In this document: positions 1-13,150 of the stretch, piece by piece
Position numbering within the stretch: the first letter of the stretch is position 1
Layout of the letters: each line of letters begins with the position of its first letter
Assembly: GCF_004010195.1 (NCBI RefSeq)
Contig: NC_057756.1
Coordinates: 8,938,320-9,002,319, forward strand
From: Chiloscyllium plagiosum
Taxonomy: Eukaryota
DNA length: 64,000 nucleotides
Direction of reading: 5' to 3'
Notes under the pieces: generated by a model
The model's database searches: none
What the model was told of the DNA's origin: nothing
Seen by the model: the letters and a program-made list of their open reading frames with translations, nothing else
Translations under genes and position numbers: made by a program

Positions 1-166
1 ACCTTTTATCTTAGCCTGCTGGACAAACTTTCCTCATTCCTGAAGAAGGGCTTATGCCCGAAACGTCGATTCTCCTGTTCCCTGGATGCTGCCTGACCTG
101 CTGCGCTTTTCCAGCAACACATTTTCGGCTCTGATCTCCAGCATCTGCAGACCTCACTTTCTCCTC
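1..166 (+). mobile_element. Penelope-like element 3' end (pLTR) with hammerhead motif
   Basis: Near-identical to 15290-15455 and similar to the tail of the GIY-YIG-bearing copy at 58910-60045. Confidence 0.8.
40..67 (+). ncRNA. minimal type I hammerhead ribozyme motif
   Basis: CTGAAGA-a-GGGC(ttat)GCCC-GAAA-CG-TC: conserved core, 4-bp stem II, palindromic ACGT stem III and GUC cleavage triplet. Confidence 0.75.
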
Positions 167-493
167 GACAATTTAACATGACCAATCCACCCTAATCTGC
201 ACATCCCTGGACACTATGGGACAATTTGGCATGGCCAATCCACCCTAATCTGCACATCCCTGAATACTATGGGACAATTTGGCATGGCCAATCCATGCTA
301 ACCTGCACATCCCTGGATGCTACAGGGCAATTTAGCATGGCCAATCCACCTTTTGAACTGTGGGAGGAAACCAGACCACCCAGAGGAAACCCACGCAGAC
401 ACGGGGGAAAATGTACAAACTCCACACAGGGGCTGGAATCAAACACAAACCCCTGACGCTATGAGGCAGCAGCACTAACCACTGAGCCACCCC
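167..493 (-). mobile_element. HE1-like tRNA-derived V-SINE with internal tandem duplications
   Basis: Reverse complement matches the SINE at 58037-58345; the ~50-bp unit gggacaatttggcatggccaatccaccctaatctgcacatccct recurs about 3 times. Confidence 0.75.
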
Positions 494-1381
494 AAATGAC
501 ACCCTCTTTACAAATAACAGATCTTGGGTGCCAAGTTTATAATTTAAACACAAATTAAAAATGTATTATATAGAGTGAGACTTTAGCAGAACACAGATAA
601 ACTAAAGGCAAATTGAGTCCAATACATGGACAACAAGCTGAACCAAATCAGCCTCCCTTTCACTGGAGATGCAACACAGTGAAATTACAACATTGAACGG
701 CACTCCAAATTGCTCAATTGTCCCCAAACAGGCTTTTTGAATAACGGATCTTGGGCATCAAGTTTGTCACTTAAACAAAAATTAAGAATTTATCATCTTG
801 AACGCAACTTTAGTAGGAGGGATATGGGCCAGGTGCTGGCAGGTGGGACTGGATTGGATTGGGATATCTGGTCAGGCATGGACGGGTTGGACTGAAGGGT
901 CTGTATCCATGCTGTACATCTCTATGATTCTATAACACAGATAAACCACAAGGCAATCTAATTAACATAATCAATTAAAGCTCAATCTTGTTTGAGGATG
1001 AAACCTAACTCACACATGGACAGTCGGACAGGGTTATGGGATATATCGAAAAAGAATTGTCATTTGCCAGCTCGATAATCATTCCACTGATCTGTGCCTT
1101 CACAAAATTGTCAGGTGATTGCCTGAAACTCTAACCAATTCCATCTGTGTTGACTGGAATGGTGACTGAGTCCATCTGAATTCCCAAAACTATAACTGAC
1201 TCTACCTGTATTTTCCAAAACCCATAACCAACCTCCCTCATGGAGGTTTTCAAATTCTTGTCTGGTCGTGTCAAATGGAAAGGATGCCTCTGCCAGTCCT
1301 GGTCACAGATTGGGAAGGGGTTGGGCCACACTGTCGGAATTTGCGATCCCGCACTCTCTCACCTGTTTTTTTCACTTTCAG

Positions 1382-1678
1382 AGGCGGTGAAGCCGGTGAT
1401 AACTGGAGTGTCGGCGGTGGATGAGATTGGAGGGAACCTCTCGATAACCTGCCTCAGCGAGGGGAGTCAGCCCAGTGAAGAGTTCTTTCTGCAGAGGGAT
1501 GGCACCACTTCCTTGCCTCACTACTGGACGGTATGGAAGGCAGATGGTTCTGTTACCTTCATCATCGCCGATGTGAGCCAGGACGATGCAGGGAACTATT
1601 CCTGTGGCTACAACCTGACGGTCAACGGGACGGTGTTGGCATCCATCTTCAGCGAAAGCATGCAGGTGACCGTCAGTG
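1382..1678 (+). CDS. Ig C2-type domain exon of an LRC/LILR-like (IGSF1/A1BG/OSCAR-type) receptor; 5' part of the gene lies outside the window
   Basis: ttttcactttcag acceptor, G|gtgagt donor, phase 1-1; KPVI..GGNLSITC..FFLQR..FIIADVSQDDAGNYSCGY..SIFSESMQVTVS matches the LRC Ig pattern. Confidence 0.85.
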
Positions 1679-1899
1679 GTGAGTAGGATGGAGGCAATAA
1701 CCGGGCTCCCCAACAGGAAGGTGTAATTGATGAAACGGTTGAATAGGTTAACCCCAACGGTGGGAGAGCAGGTGTCATAGGGCAGGAGGAAGGTGCAAAA
1801 GGCGAAATCATTGGCTGGGGGAGAAACTGTTTGGATTGAGTGTGGTGGTTGGGCGAGATTGATGGGTCGATGGTGAAATTGACACGTCTGCAATATTGG

Positions 1900-2750
1900 G
1901 TGATATTGCATCGAGGGTTGTTTATGTGTTTGCTGACGGTTCCATAATGTTCAGCATCATTCACAATTCCTCAGATACTGAAAAATTCCATGTCCAAATG
2001 CAACAAGATCTGGACAATATTCAGGCTTGGGCTCACAAGTGGCAAGTAACATTCACGCCACACAAACACCAGGCAATGACCATCTCCAATAAGAGAGAGT
2101 CTATCTGTGCCCCCTTGACATTCAATGGTGTCACCATCACTGAAATCCCCCCACGATCAACATCCTGGGGATTACCATTGACCAGAAACTGAACTAGACT
2201 TGCCACATAGACATGGTGGCTACAAGAGCAGGTCAGAGGCCTAGAATCCTGCTGTGAGTAACTCACCTCCTGACTCTTCCCCCCACAAAGCCTGTGCCAA
2301 CATCAACAAAGCACAAGTGAGACAACTCCCCACTTGCCTGGATGGGTGCAGCTCTGACAACATTCCAGAAGCTCAATGGGACATAGCAGCCCCCGCTTCA
2401 TTGGCCCCACATCCACAAACATCCCCTCCCTCCACCACCAATGGTCAGTAGCAGCAGTGTGTACCATTTACAAGATGCACTGCAGAAAATCACCAAAAAT
2501 CCTCGGTCAGCACCTTCCAGGCCCACGAACACTTCAATTTAGAAAGACAAGCAAGGGCAGCAGATACATGGGAACATACTCCTGCAAGTTTCCCACTGAG
2601 CCACTCCCCACCCTGACTTGGAAATATATCACTGTTCCTCCAGCATCAAAATCCTGGAATCCCCTCCCTTAGGGCATTGTGGATCTACCTACAACACATG
2701 GAACTGCAGTGGCTCAAGAAGGCTGCTTCTCAAGGGGGCAACTAGGGACA
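1900..2750 (+). mobile_element. LINE RT C-terminal fragment and 3' region
   Basis: FADGS..MQQDLDNIQAWAHKWQVTFTPHK..AMTISNKRE is a typical LINE RT/thumb segment; frameshifted. Confidence 0.7.
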
Positions 2751-2979
2751 GGGCTCCTCTCTCCAATGCATTTACATCTTCCCTACAATGTGGGGCCCAT
2801 AACTGCTTGTAATACTCCAGCTAAGGTCTGACAAGCATCTTGTGAAATTTCAGGATCAACCTGCCTCTATAAATGTCACGCGTTGATTTAACCGATTATG
2901 TGTGGCACAAATTTGGAGTCAAGTTGCGGGTAGAGGAGACGAACAGAAGAAGTTACTAAAATGTCTTTGTCCAATCCAG

Positions 2980-3102
2980 AATTCAGGAAGCCATCTGGGA
3001 GGCATGCGGTCCCACGATATTACTATGTCATCGCTGTGGCCTTGTTGGCAGCAGTTCTCACAGTTGTTCTTGCAATCCGAGCTCGAAACAAGTCGAAGCA
3101 AG
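2980..3102 (+). CDS. stalk + transmembrane exon of the same receptor
   Basis: ccag acceptor, G|gtaaag donor, phase 1, in frame with the Ig exon; EFRKPSGRHAVPR-YYYVIAVALLAAVLTVVLAI-RARNKSKQ has a hydrophobic span and basic stop-transfer residues. Confidence 0.8.
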
Positions 3103-3244
3103 GTAAAGCAATGATTTTGTCTTGTGGAATCAAAGCGGGCCAAGCGCTGGCAAATGGGACTAGATTAGTTTAGGTAATCCGGTCAGTATGGACAGGTTGG
3201 ACTGAAGGGTCTATTTCCATCCTGTACATCTCTATGACTGTAAA

Positions 3245-3840
3245 ACATAGAAAGTGGGAGTGGGATTTGGCCATTCAGACCTTCTAAACTGTTCCCTCTA
3301 TTCACAAGAATTTTCCAATTCAGTCCCTTCCTCCCCCTGCTTTCGCTCCTAAGAACGCCATCCAACTCCTCCCTGAATGACATTCAATGTTCTATCCCGG
3401 CCTGCATTCGGTGGCAGAGAATTCCACAGGCTCCCCCACTCTCTGGGTGAAGACCTCATTTTAGTCCTGCCCAGTCTCCTTTAGACTGATTCTGGACTGT
3501 CCCTTTGGTCGTTAGGAATATCCTTCTTGCTTTTACTGCTGTTAGAATTCCCTATGAGATTCCAACCCCTTGTTCTTTTAAACTCCAGTGAATATAATCT
3601 TAACCTTCTTCGGCCTCTCTTCGTCTGTCACCCAGGAACCAGTCTGGGAAACCTTCACTGTGCTCCCTGCAGAATGTCCCTCCTCAGATATGGACACCCC
3701 CGAAACCACACAGGCGATAATCTGGGGGACAGTTTTGTCCTGAACAATCGATGCAGGACATTCCTGCTCCCAGACACAAGCCCTCTGACTATGAAGGCCA
3801 ACATCCCATTTGCCTTCCTCATTGCCTGCTGTGCCTGTGC
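3245..3840 (-). mobile_element. CR1 LINE fragment
   Basis: AQQAMRKANGMLAFIVRG.. in a minus frame. Confidence 0.7.
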
Positions 3841-3848
3841 TTTCCCAG

Positions 3849-3928
3849 AAATGATCATTGATTCAATCAAAGCATTAACCGGGAGAAAGACTCACATCAC
3901 TGGGCCATGTGTGGGACTAAAGCCCTAA
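3849..3928 (+). CDS. candidate terminal cytoplasmic exon (EMIIDSIKALTGRKTHITGPCVGLKP*)
   Basis: tgctttcccag acceptor is phase-compatible with the TM exon, and non-repeat sequence starts here; no independent support. Confidence 0.35.
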
Positions 3929-4044
3929 GCTGAAATTCAACACAAGTTCATCACTGGATCACAAAATGCACAGTGGATCTCGAAGATCAAGACATGGGCT
4001 GATGTGTTTGATGGTAGCAGCCTGCTGGGGGTGTCAGAGTTAAC

Positions 4045-5060
4045 ATAGAAACATATAAAATAGGTGCAAGATTAGGCCAATCGGCCCTTCAAGCCTGCAC
4101 TACTGTTCAATAGGATCATGCAATTTCAGTCTCCAAACTCCCACACTGTCTCCATACCTCTTGATCCCTTTAGCTGCAAGGGCTACGTTCAACTCCCTCT
4201 TGAATATATCTAATGAACTGGCCCCAACGGCTGTCGATGGGAGAGAATTCCACAAGTTCAAAACTTTCTGAGTAAAGAAATTCTTCCTCATTTCAGTCCT
4301 GAATGGCTTCCCCCTTATTCCTATGGTATGATTCCCTGGGTTCCCAATATCAGGAACATTCTTCCTGCATCTAATCTGTCCAGTTCTAACAGGATTGCAG
4401 ATGTTTCTAGGAGATTCCCCCTTATTCTTCTAAATTCCAACAAATACGAGCCCAGTCGATCCAGTCTTTCTTCATGTCAGTTCTGGCTTCCCGAGAATCA
4501 GTCTGATGAGCTTTCATTGGACTCCTTCAACAGCAAGAATGTCGTTACTCAGACTAGGAGACCCAACCTGCACATGCTACACAAAGTGTGGCCCCACCAA
4601 GGCTTGTACTTCTATACTCCAATCTTCTTACTATGAAGGGCAGCATTAGCTTTCCTCACTGCCTGCTGCACCTCCATGCCAACCTTCAGCGACTGTTCCA
4701 CCATGACACCCAGGGCTCATTGCACCTCACTGTTTCCAAATAACAATCTGCCTTCCCGCATTTGTGACCAAAGTGGATAACCTCACATTTACCCACATTA
4801 TATTGTATTTGCCCACTCAGCCAGTCTGTCCAAGTCACCCTGCAGCTTCTGGCAGCCTCTTTAGTGCCATCCAGCTTAGTATCGTCTGCAAATGGGGAGA
4901 TCTGGCACTCAATTCCTTTGTCCAAATTGTGCATGTATATTGCAAATGGCTTGGGTCCCAGCACTGAACCTGGCGGTACCACACCCGTCACTGCCTGCCA
5001 CTCTGAAAAGGACCCAACTCTCTGCTTCCTGTCTGCCATCCAGTTCTCTATTCACGTCAA
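4045..5060 (-). mobile_element. CR1 LINE 3' fragment
   Basis: GVVPPGSVLGP..FADDTKL, and MRKNFFTQKVLNLWNSLP. Confidence 0.8.
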
Positions 5061-5074
5061 GACGTGGTCCTGGG

Positions 5075-5778
5075 AAGTATGGCCGAACAAAAGAGATCTT
5101 GGAGTGCAGATTCATAGCTCCTTGAAAGTAGAGTCACAGGTAGATAGGATAATGAGGAAAGTGTTTGGTATGCTTGCCCTTATTGGTCATTGCATTCAGT
5201 ACAGGAGTTGGGAGGGTCATGTTGCGGCTGTACAGGACATTCGTGAGGACACCTTTGGAATACTGTGTTCAGTTCTGGCCTCCCTACTATAGGAAAGATG
5301 CTGCGAAACTTGAAAGAGTTTAGAAATGTTTTACATGGATCTTGCCAGGGTTGGAGGGTTTGAGCTATAGGGAGAGGCTGAATATGCAGGGCCCACTTTC
5401 ACTGGACCATCAGAGGCTGAGGGGTGATCTTATTGAAATCATGAAGGGCATGGATAGGGTGAATAGCCAAGGTCTATTCCTCAGGGTAGGGGGATTCTGA
5501 AACTAGAGGGCATATGTTTAAGGTGAGAGAGGAAAGGGACCTAAGGGGCAACTTTTTCATGCAGACATTGCGAATGAGCTGCGAGAGGAAATAGTGGAGG
5601 CTGATATAATTGCAATATTTAAAAGGCATCTGGATGGATTTAAGAATAGAAAGGGTTTGGAGGGATACGGGCAAATGCTGGAAAATGGGACTAGGTTACT
5701 TTAGGATATCTGGTCAGCTATATGGATGAGTTGTTCCAAAGGGTCTGTTTCCATGCTGTACAACTCTATGACTCTCTA
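5075..5778 (+). mobile_element. CR1 LINE 3' fragment
   Basis: RDLGVQIHSSLKV..GMLALIG; ends in the ctctatgactcta tail. Confidence 0.8.
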
Positions 5779-6469
5779 AGAGATTACCTGTCTCAGGTCT
5801 GTTTCTCTCCGATCCAAAGTGACATTTCAGTTTTGAAAAGATGGTTCAGAGAAATAATGGATTTGATGTCGGAGCTAGTTTGGGGATCAGTGTTTAACTT
5901 ATCTCAAGCCAAACTCATTGTCCTTTGCATTCTGTCCTCTCAAGGTCATTTCAGATTGGAGGGACATGCTGAAGAGTTTGATATTATCAATCCAGTCTAC
6001 AGCACAGACATTGAGTCTTAAGCGCTGGAAGATCTCAGCTTGCGACAGCTTACCCTGCTTCTCTTGTCTGTTGGTCATTTGCCTGAGGATGCAACCGTGA
6101 GATTCAATCCCACCTCTGCTGAGGTGGCTACGTGAATGCGGGACACCTGACTGAGCACTGCCTCCAGATGGGCGTGAGGTGGCAGCCCTTTCTCTGGTTG
6201 GTTTCCACCAGGAGGCGCAATGCCTTCAACTGATTGCCAAGGTTTGAAGATTGAGGCAAAGCTTGGGAGTTAACTATTGGACATCGGCAGCTGGTGTATC
6301 CTCCATTGAAACAACCCTCCCTCAGCGATCAGAGCTACGAGCGCTCTCCTCCCATTCATTATGCATGCCGTTTCCTCATCAGTTTCATCTTCCTCGTGAA
6401 TTTCTCAGTCAAGGGCAAGACAATGAGCTTCTTGAAATGTCAATGTCATTAATCTAGAACCCAGCTCTT

Positions 6470-7330
6470 TGTCTCACAGAGTCAGAGATGTACAGCCCTG
6501 AAACAGACCCTTTGGTCCAACTCGTCCATGCTGACCAGATATCCTAAATTAACCTAGTCCCATTTAGAGTCATAAAGAAAGATATACAGCAAGGACAGTA
6601 TGGACTTACAGATATCCTAAATTAATCGAGAACAATTTCTCAGCATTTGGCCCATATCCCTCTGAACCCTTCCTATTCATATACCCACCCAGATGCCTTT
6701 TAAATGCTGTAATTGTACCAGCCTCCACCACTTCCTCTGGCAGCTCATTCCATACATGCACCATTTAAAAGAGTTGCCCCTTAAGTGCCTTTTAAATCTT
6801 TCCCCTCTCACCTTAAACCTAGTTTTGGACTCCCCTACCCAGTGGGGAAAAAAGACCTTGACTATTCACCCTATCCATGCCCTTCATGATTTTATAAACT
6901 TCTGTAAGGTCACCCCTCAGCCTCCAACACTCCAGGGAAAGTAGCCCCAGCCTGTTCAGCCTCTCCCCCACAGCTCAAACCCTCTAACATCCTTCACTGT
7001 AGGAAATCTAATCATAATCCTTGTAAATCTTTTCTGAACCCTTTGAAGTTTGACATCTTTTTTATAGCAGAGAGACCAGAATTGAATGCAGTATTCCAAA
7101 AGTGGCCTCATCAATGTCTTGTGCAGCCACAACTTGACCCCCCAACTCTAATACTCAATGACTCATCAATAAAGGCGAGAGTACCAAATACTTTCTTCAC
7201 TATCCTGTCAACCTGCGACTCCGCTTTCAAGGAACTCTGAACCTGCACTCCAAGGTTTCTTTGTTCAATAAAACTCTCCAGGACCTTACCATTAAATGTG
7301 TATATCCTGTCCTAGTTTGTTTTACCAAAA
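6470..7330 (-). mobile_element. CR1 LINE 3' fragment
   Basis: Reverse complement of the family at 5075-5778 and 13150-13830. Confidence 0.75.
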
Positions 7331-7364
7331 GGAGGCAGCACCTCCTAATTGCAAGCTCAAGTTT

Positions 7365-7807
7365 GCCTTCTAGCAGAGCGCTTTAGGGAACATCTCCGGG
7401 ACACCAGCACCAGTCAACCACACCGCCCTATGGCCCAACATTTCAACTCCCCCCCCCCCACTCTGCTGAGGACATGGAGGTCCTGGGCCTCCTTCACCGT
7501 CGTCCCTCACCACCAGACGCCTGGAGGAAGAACGCCTCATCTTCCGCCTCGGAACACTTCAACCCCAGGGCATCAATGTGGACTTCACCAGTTTCCTCAT
7601 TTTCTCTTCCCCCACCTCACCCTAGTTCCAAACTTCCAGCTCAGCACTGTCCCCATGACTTGTCCTACCTGCCTATCTTCTTTTCCACCTATCCACTCCA
7701 CCCTCCTCCCTGACCTATCACCTTNATGCTGCCTGAACTGCTGTGCTCTTCCAGCACCACTAATCCAGAATCTGGTTTCCAGCATCTGCAGTCATTGTTT
7801 TTACCTC
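7365..7807 (+). mobile_element. Penelope-like element 3' fragment (GIY-YIG C-terminus + pLTR), broken by an N at 7725
   Basis: LAERFREHLRD..HFNSP..EERLIFRLGTLQP; similar to 59530-59760. Confidence 0.75.
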
Positions 7808-8525
7808 GTTGTTTTCCAGCCCAGCCATGTTCAATCAGTTCCAGAACTTGAATATAAATCATGTTTTTACAAAAGAAAATGCAGGAAGAACAGAATCAAA
7901 TTGTCCTTAAACATTAGGGGAACTTTGTCATTTTCTCTACCCTCCATTTGCCTTTTTAATGTTTACCTTTTTCCAATTGTTGACCAGACAGAAAATCAGA
8001 GCAGAATTAGGTCATTCAGCCCCTCCACTCTGTCCCACCATTTAATGAGATCACTGTTGATCTGATCATCCTCAACTCCACTTTCCACACCTCACTTTCA
8101 AATCCCCTTCCTGATTAAAAATCTCAGCCTTCAATACAGTCAATGATCTAGCCTCTGTGGGAAAGAATTCCACAGATTCATTCCCCCTCGGAGATAAGAA
8201 ATTCTTCCCATCTCTGTCTTTGCCTTTACTCGGAGACGATACCCCTCTGGTCCCAGATTTGCACACACACGAGGGGAAACAACCTCTCCATATCCACCCA
8301 GTCACGTTCCCCCTTATCCATGCCAATTCAGTTGCCTCTGAATTTTCAAAACTCCAGAGGATACAGTGGCCTGGCCTAAGTAGCCTCTTCCTCATTATTC
8401 CAGGGATTAGTCTGGTAAACCTTCTCTGAACTGCTTCCCCAACATTGACATCCTTCTGCAAGGATGGGGAGCAGTACTGCACAGTACCCTGGATGCAGAG
8501 ACAAGGATGAACTGTAGAACTGAAG

Positions 8526-8620
8526 TTAAAAATCATACAACACCAGGTTATAATCCAACAGGTTTTGATGTGTGATTTTTAACTTTGTTCACCCCAGTCG
8601 AACACCGGCACTCCACATCA
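8526..8620. mobile_element. short fold-back insertion of the aagttaaaaatcacacaacaccagg family, inside a CR1 fragment
   Basis: 13-bp TSD tgtagaactgaag at 8513-8525 and 8621-8633; inverted ttaaaaatca..tgatttttaa. Confidence 0.7.
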
Positions 8621-9999
8621 TGTAGAACTGAAGGATAAACTCCTGAATCTTGCATTCAATCTCCTTTCACAGTAAACCATAACAGCCTGCTGGCTCTCCT
8701 GATTACTCACTGTCCCTGCAAACTAACCTTCTGGGATTCATGAGCTGAGTCCATGAATCTAGTGGGGAGGCAATGGCCATGCGGTATTATGGCTGGACTG
8801 TTAATCCAGAGACCCAGATTTGGGGATTTGGGTTTGAATCCTGCCATGGCAGATGGTGGAATTTGAATTCAATAAAAATCTGGAATTAAGAGTCCAATGC
8901 TGACCATGAATCCATTGTTGGAAAAATCCACCTGCATCACTAATGTCCTTCAGGGAAGGAAACTGCCATCCTTACCTGGTCTGGCCTACATGTGACTCCA
9001 GACCCACAGCAATGTGGTTGACTGTTGAATGCCCTCTGGGTAATAAATGCTAGCCCAGCCAGTGACAACCTCATCCTGTGAATGAATAATAAGAAAAAGC
9101 TCACTCAGTTCTCTCTGCACCTCAGAGCTCCGTAACCTCTCACTGTTAAGATAATGTACCGGCCTGAACATTTTATCTGCTTTACCGTTCAATTTTCAAA
9201 TGCTGAACTTTATTTGAGATGTAGAGACAGTAGAATTACATTGTACGGTATGGTTTAAGGCATTTACTCAGAAACTGCAAAAGAATAAGCCTTTTCTGTC
9301 TAGAAGGAAACTGCATGAAATGTGAATGATTTTAAGTTCACATGGGATCAACAAAACTGTTTTTATCTCAATGTGTTTGTGAACGATCATTTTTATTGGT
9401 TTCCAAACTGAAAGAATTATGAGACCAGTTTGATGGCCCAGTTAGGACCACCCAGCTCCTGACTTCATTTCCAGCCTTGGTTGGAGAACACTGTGCAAAG
9501 CCGCCAGCACCATCCGGTTCTGCTTCCTGCCCATTGGTCTTCCTCACTCAACTTCCCCTTCCTATGCACGTCTGTGCCACAGCTATTCCAGTTCAGCCTG
9601 TCAAAGTTAACCCATGGAACGGTCTTATCGACTCCACATTCGGGAAGTCCAGAACAAGCCCCTCGGCCCATTGAGTGAGTACACCGGTCCCGCTTTCCCA
9701 CACTCTGCAGCCTTGGATGTTCTGACCCTTCGAGTGATCATCCAAGTACTTTGTAAAGTTTGGGAGGATCCCCCCCCCCCCCCAACTCCCCTCCGAGGCA
9801 GTGCATTCTGGACCTCATCACCCGCTGGGTGCAAATCAATTCTTCAAGTCCCCCTCTAAACCTCTGACCTCTCACTGTAATATTACAGTCCTTCCTCATT
9901 GGTCTTTCAACAAAGGGTGTACATCAGTGTATGAGTTTGTATAAGGGTGTGAGTGTGCACATTACTTTGTGTGTGTATGTGTGTCTCGCTTATATAATA

Positions 10000-10390
10000 A
10001 TAGAATCCCTACAGTGTAGAAGCAGGCCATTTGGCCCATCAAGTCCACACTGAACCTCTGGAGAGCATCACATCTAGACCCACCCCCTGTCCTATCCCTG
10101 CACCTCCCAAGGCTAACCCACCTGGTCTACACAAGCCTGGACACTGCAGGGTAATTTAGCATGGCCAATCCACCTAACCTTCACATCCCCTACCACTACG
10201 GGACAATTTAGCATGGTCTGTCCACACCAACCTGCACATCTTTGGACTGTGGGAGGAAACTGGAGCACCCAGAGGAAACCCATGCAGACACGGGGAAAAT
10301 GTGCAAACTCAGACAGTCGCCCGAGGGTGGAATCAAACTCGGGTCCCTGATGGTGTGAGGCAGTAGTGCTAACCACTGAGACACCGTGCT
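10000..10390 (-). mobile_element. HE1-like V-SINE
   Basis: tRNA-like head, V-domain GGGTTTCCTCTGGGTGCTCCAGTTTCCTCCCACAGTCCAAAG and CR1-like tail on the minus strand. Confidence 0.8.
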
Positions 10391-10714
10391 GTGTGTGTGT
10401 GTGAGAGAGATAGAGAGAGTTTGCGTGCTTGCGTGTGTACAAAGAACAAAGAAGCACAGGAACAGACCCTTCAGCCCTCCATGCCTGTGCTGACACATTT
10501 TGCGCTCCATACTATCCGTATTCCTCAATTCCCTTCCTATTCATGTATATGCCCAGGTCCTTCTTGAATACTGATGTTGTGGCTGCTTCCACCACCATTC
10601 TTGCAGTGTATTCCAGACATTCACCACCCTTTGAGCGAAAAACTTGCCTCATACATCTCTTAAATTCCCCCCTCACCCTGTACATTTACCTGTGTCCCTG
10701 AGTAATTGACCTCT

Positions 10715-11570
10715 CCATCTTGGGAAAAAGCCAAAGAGTGTCTCTCACTGAGCTGATGGTCCTCCAGGCACAGTCGATGTTTGTCTTGTTGTGCGTCCCA
10801 GGGTACAGACTGTAGAGCACAGAGTCCTGTGTCATGTAGGTGCTTGGGATGAATCTCAACAAAAACCACTGCATCTTTCTCCAGACTTCCTCAACAAAGG
10901 CACATTCCAGAAGGAGACATGTGATAGTCTCTACACCCCACAGTACCTTCAAGGGCAGCCTGAGGTGACACAGACTGACCGGGTGTACATGAAGGACCTC
11001 ACTGGTACTGCCTTTCCCAACACTGCCAAGCGATGTCTTGGTGCCTGTTGGGAAGTTTTGGTGATGAGGCATTCTGCCAAGTCACTTTGACAGTCTGCTC
11101 AGGGAACCACATGGCAGGATTCAGCCTTTCCTTTTCCCCCAGGTTCTCAAGAATGCTACGTGCTGACCATTTCCTGGTGGACTTGTGGTCAAATGTGTTT
11201 CCCTTTGCAAATTTCTTCACAAAGGACAGGTGATATGGAACGGACCAACTATTTGGAACACTCCATGGCAAAGAGGTCAGTCCTGTCCTTCGCAACACCA
11301 GGGAAGGTACAAACATCTTGGTGTTTGCATACTGAGAATCTACACACAGCTTGATGCAGCCACACACAGAGGTGGCCATCAGGATGAGGATGACGTTGGG
11401 TACCTTGTTGCCCCTCCCTTATCCAGCGTTTCGTACATGGAGTCCCTGCAGACATGGTCAATCTTAGACCTCCAGATGACGTGCATGGTGGCTCAGGTGA
11501 ATACAATAGCACAGTTTCAGGAAATGGGCCACACCTGCATCACCTAGAACAACAGAGCGTGTGTTGCACA
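10715..11570 (-). mobile_element. L1/Tx1-clade LINE ORF2 C-terminal fragment
   Basis: ..LPNRHQDIAW..; ETITCLLLECAFVEEVW (zinc-knuckle remnant); CAWRTISSVRDTLW. Confidence 0.7.
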
Positions 11571-12419
11571 CCTGAAGAATACTGTGTTCAATTCTGGTCT
11601 CTTTGCAAGCAGGAAGGATGTTGCAAAACTTGAAAGGGTTCAGAAAAGATTTACAAGGATGTAGCTGGGGTTGGAGGGTTCTTACCCTTTGTTTCCACTC
11701 TGCCAGTTTTCCCTCCATCTCAGTACACTTCCCCCAGTCTCATGCGCTTTAATCTTGCACAATAATCTCTTATGCAAGACTTTGTCAAACGCTTTCTGAA
11801 AGTCCAAATATACCACATCAACTGGCTCCCCCTTGTCACTGAGTTACATCTCATAGAATTCCAACAGATTTGTCAAGCATGATTTCCCCTTCGTAAGTCC
11901 ATGCTGACTCTGCCACTGCTTTCTAAATACACTGCTATAAAGTCCTTGAGAATGGATTCGAGAATTTTCCCCATTACCGAAATTAGGCTTACTGATCTAT
12001 AATTCCCTGGTTTCTCTCTCCCTCTCTTTTTGAATTTTGGAGTGACATTAGCTGTCCTCCATTCTGCAGGAACTGCACCTTCAGGTAATCTGTCCCAATT
12101 GTGAATGGGATAAAGGATTCCCCGGCACCAGCACCCTCCCCCCCTCCCGCCAATTTATCTGTCAGCACTTCCCCCTCCACATTCCTAATGAGGGCTTCTG
12201 CCGAAACGTCAACTCTCCTGCTCCTCAGTTACTGCCGGACCTCCTTTGGTTTTTCCAACGTCACAGTTTTTGATTCTGACTCTCCAACATCTGCAGTCCT
12301 CACTTTCTACTAAAGGATCGGTCGACCCAGTTCCTAAAGAACATGGCCTTGCTCATACCTCAATTTACCTTGGCTCCTGAGGCCAGTTTGAACTGGTCAC
12401 AGATTCCCATTAGTCTGTG

Positions 12420-13150
12420 CACTGACAGAAGATCTGAGCAGAAAATGGCAACGTCATCCATTTACAGGGAGGCTTTGACCTGCTGGCCGCCGCTGCCTGG
12501 AATAATCGCTCCTCTGAGGCTCACATCCTTCCTGATGGACTCAGCAGAGGGCTCTATACAACACACACACAAGCAGGAGAGACTGGGCAGCCCTGCCTGA
12601 CTCCGGATCTGATCGGCAAGCTTTTTGATTCCCAGCCTTTGATTGAGACTACGCTAACAATGTTGGTGTAGAACAGTTGGATCCAGTTACAAATTCCCTC
12701 CCCAGAGCCCATTAATGGTCAGCAGGTCCCACATGTAGGTGTGCAATATCCTGTCAAAGGCCCTCTCTCGGTCCAGGCTGATGAGGCAAGCATCCACCCA
12801 ACTGTCCTGCACGTAGGCGATTGTATCCCTGAGGAACATGAGGGTCTCAGACATCGTCCTGCCGAGTAGAGCACAGGTTTGGTCAGGGTGGATCACCTAT
12901 CCCAAGTAGACCTGACCTGGTTGGCAATGACCTTACATAGGTCTTTTTAATCAGAATTCAGCAGTGAAATTGATAGCTAATTTCTAATTACCTCCATTTC
13001 CCCTTCCCCTTGACAAAGCTTTTCACTGTGCCTTGGTACAAGTGACAATAAATTCAATTCAATTCAATTGTAGATGAGGGTGCTGATACTTTTCCTCAAG
13101 GATTCCCACATGCTACGTGCCAGAAGCAAAATGTCATCTCCCTCCAGCAG
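12420..13150 (-). mobile_element. L1/Tx1-clade RT fragment
   Basis: IHPDQTCALLGRTMSETLMFLRDTIAY..LISLDRERAFDRI (RT motif SLDxxKAFD). Confidence 0.7.

Noticed and set aside
7349..8065. 238-aa ORF
   Set aside because: It spans a Penelope fragment, an N at 7725 (probable assembly join) and unrelated sequence
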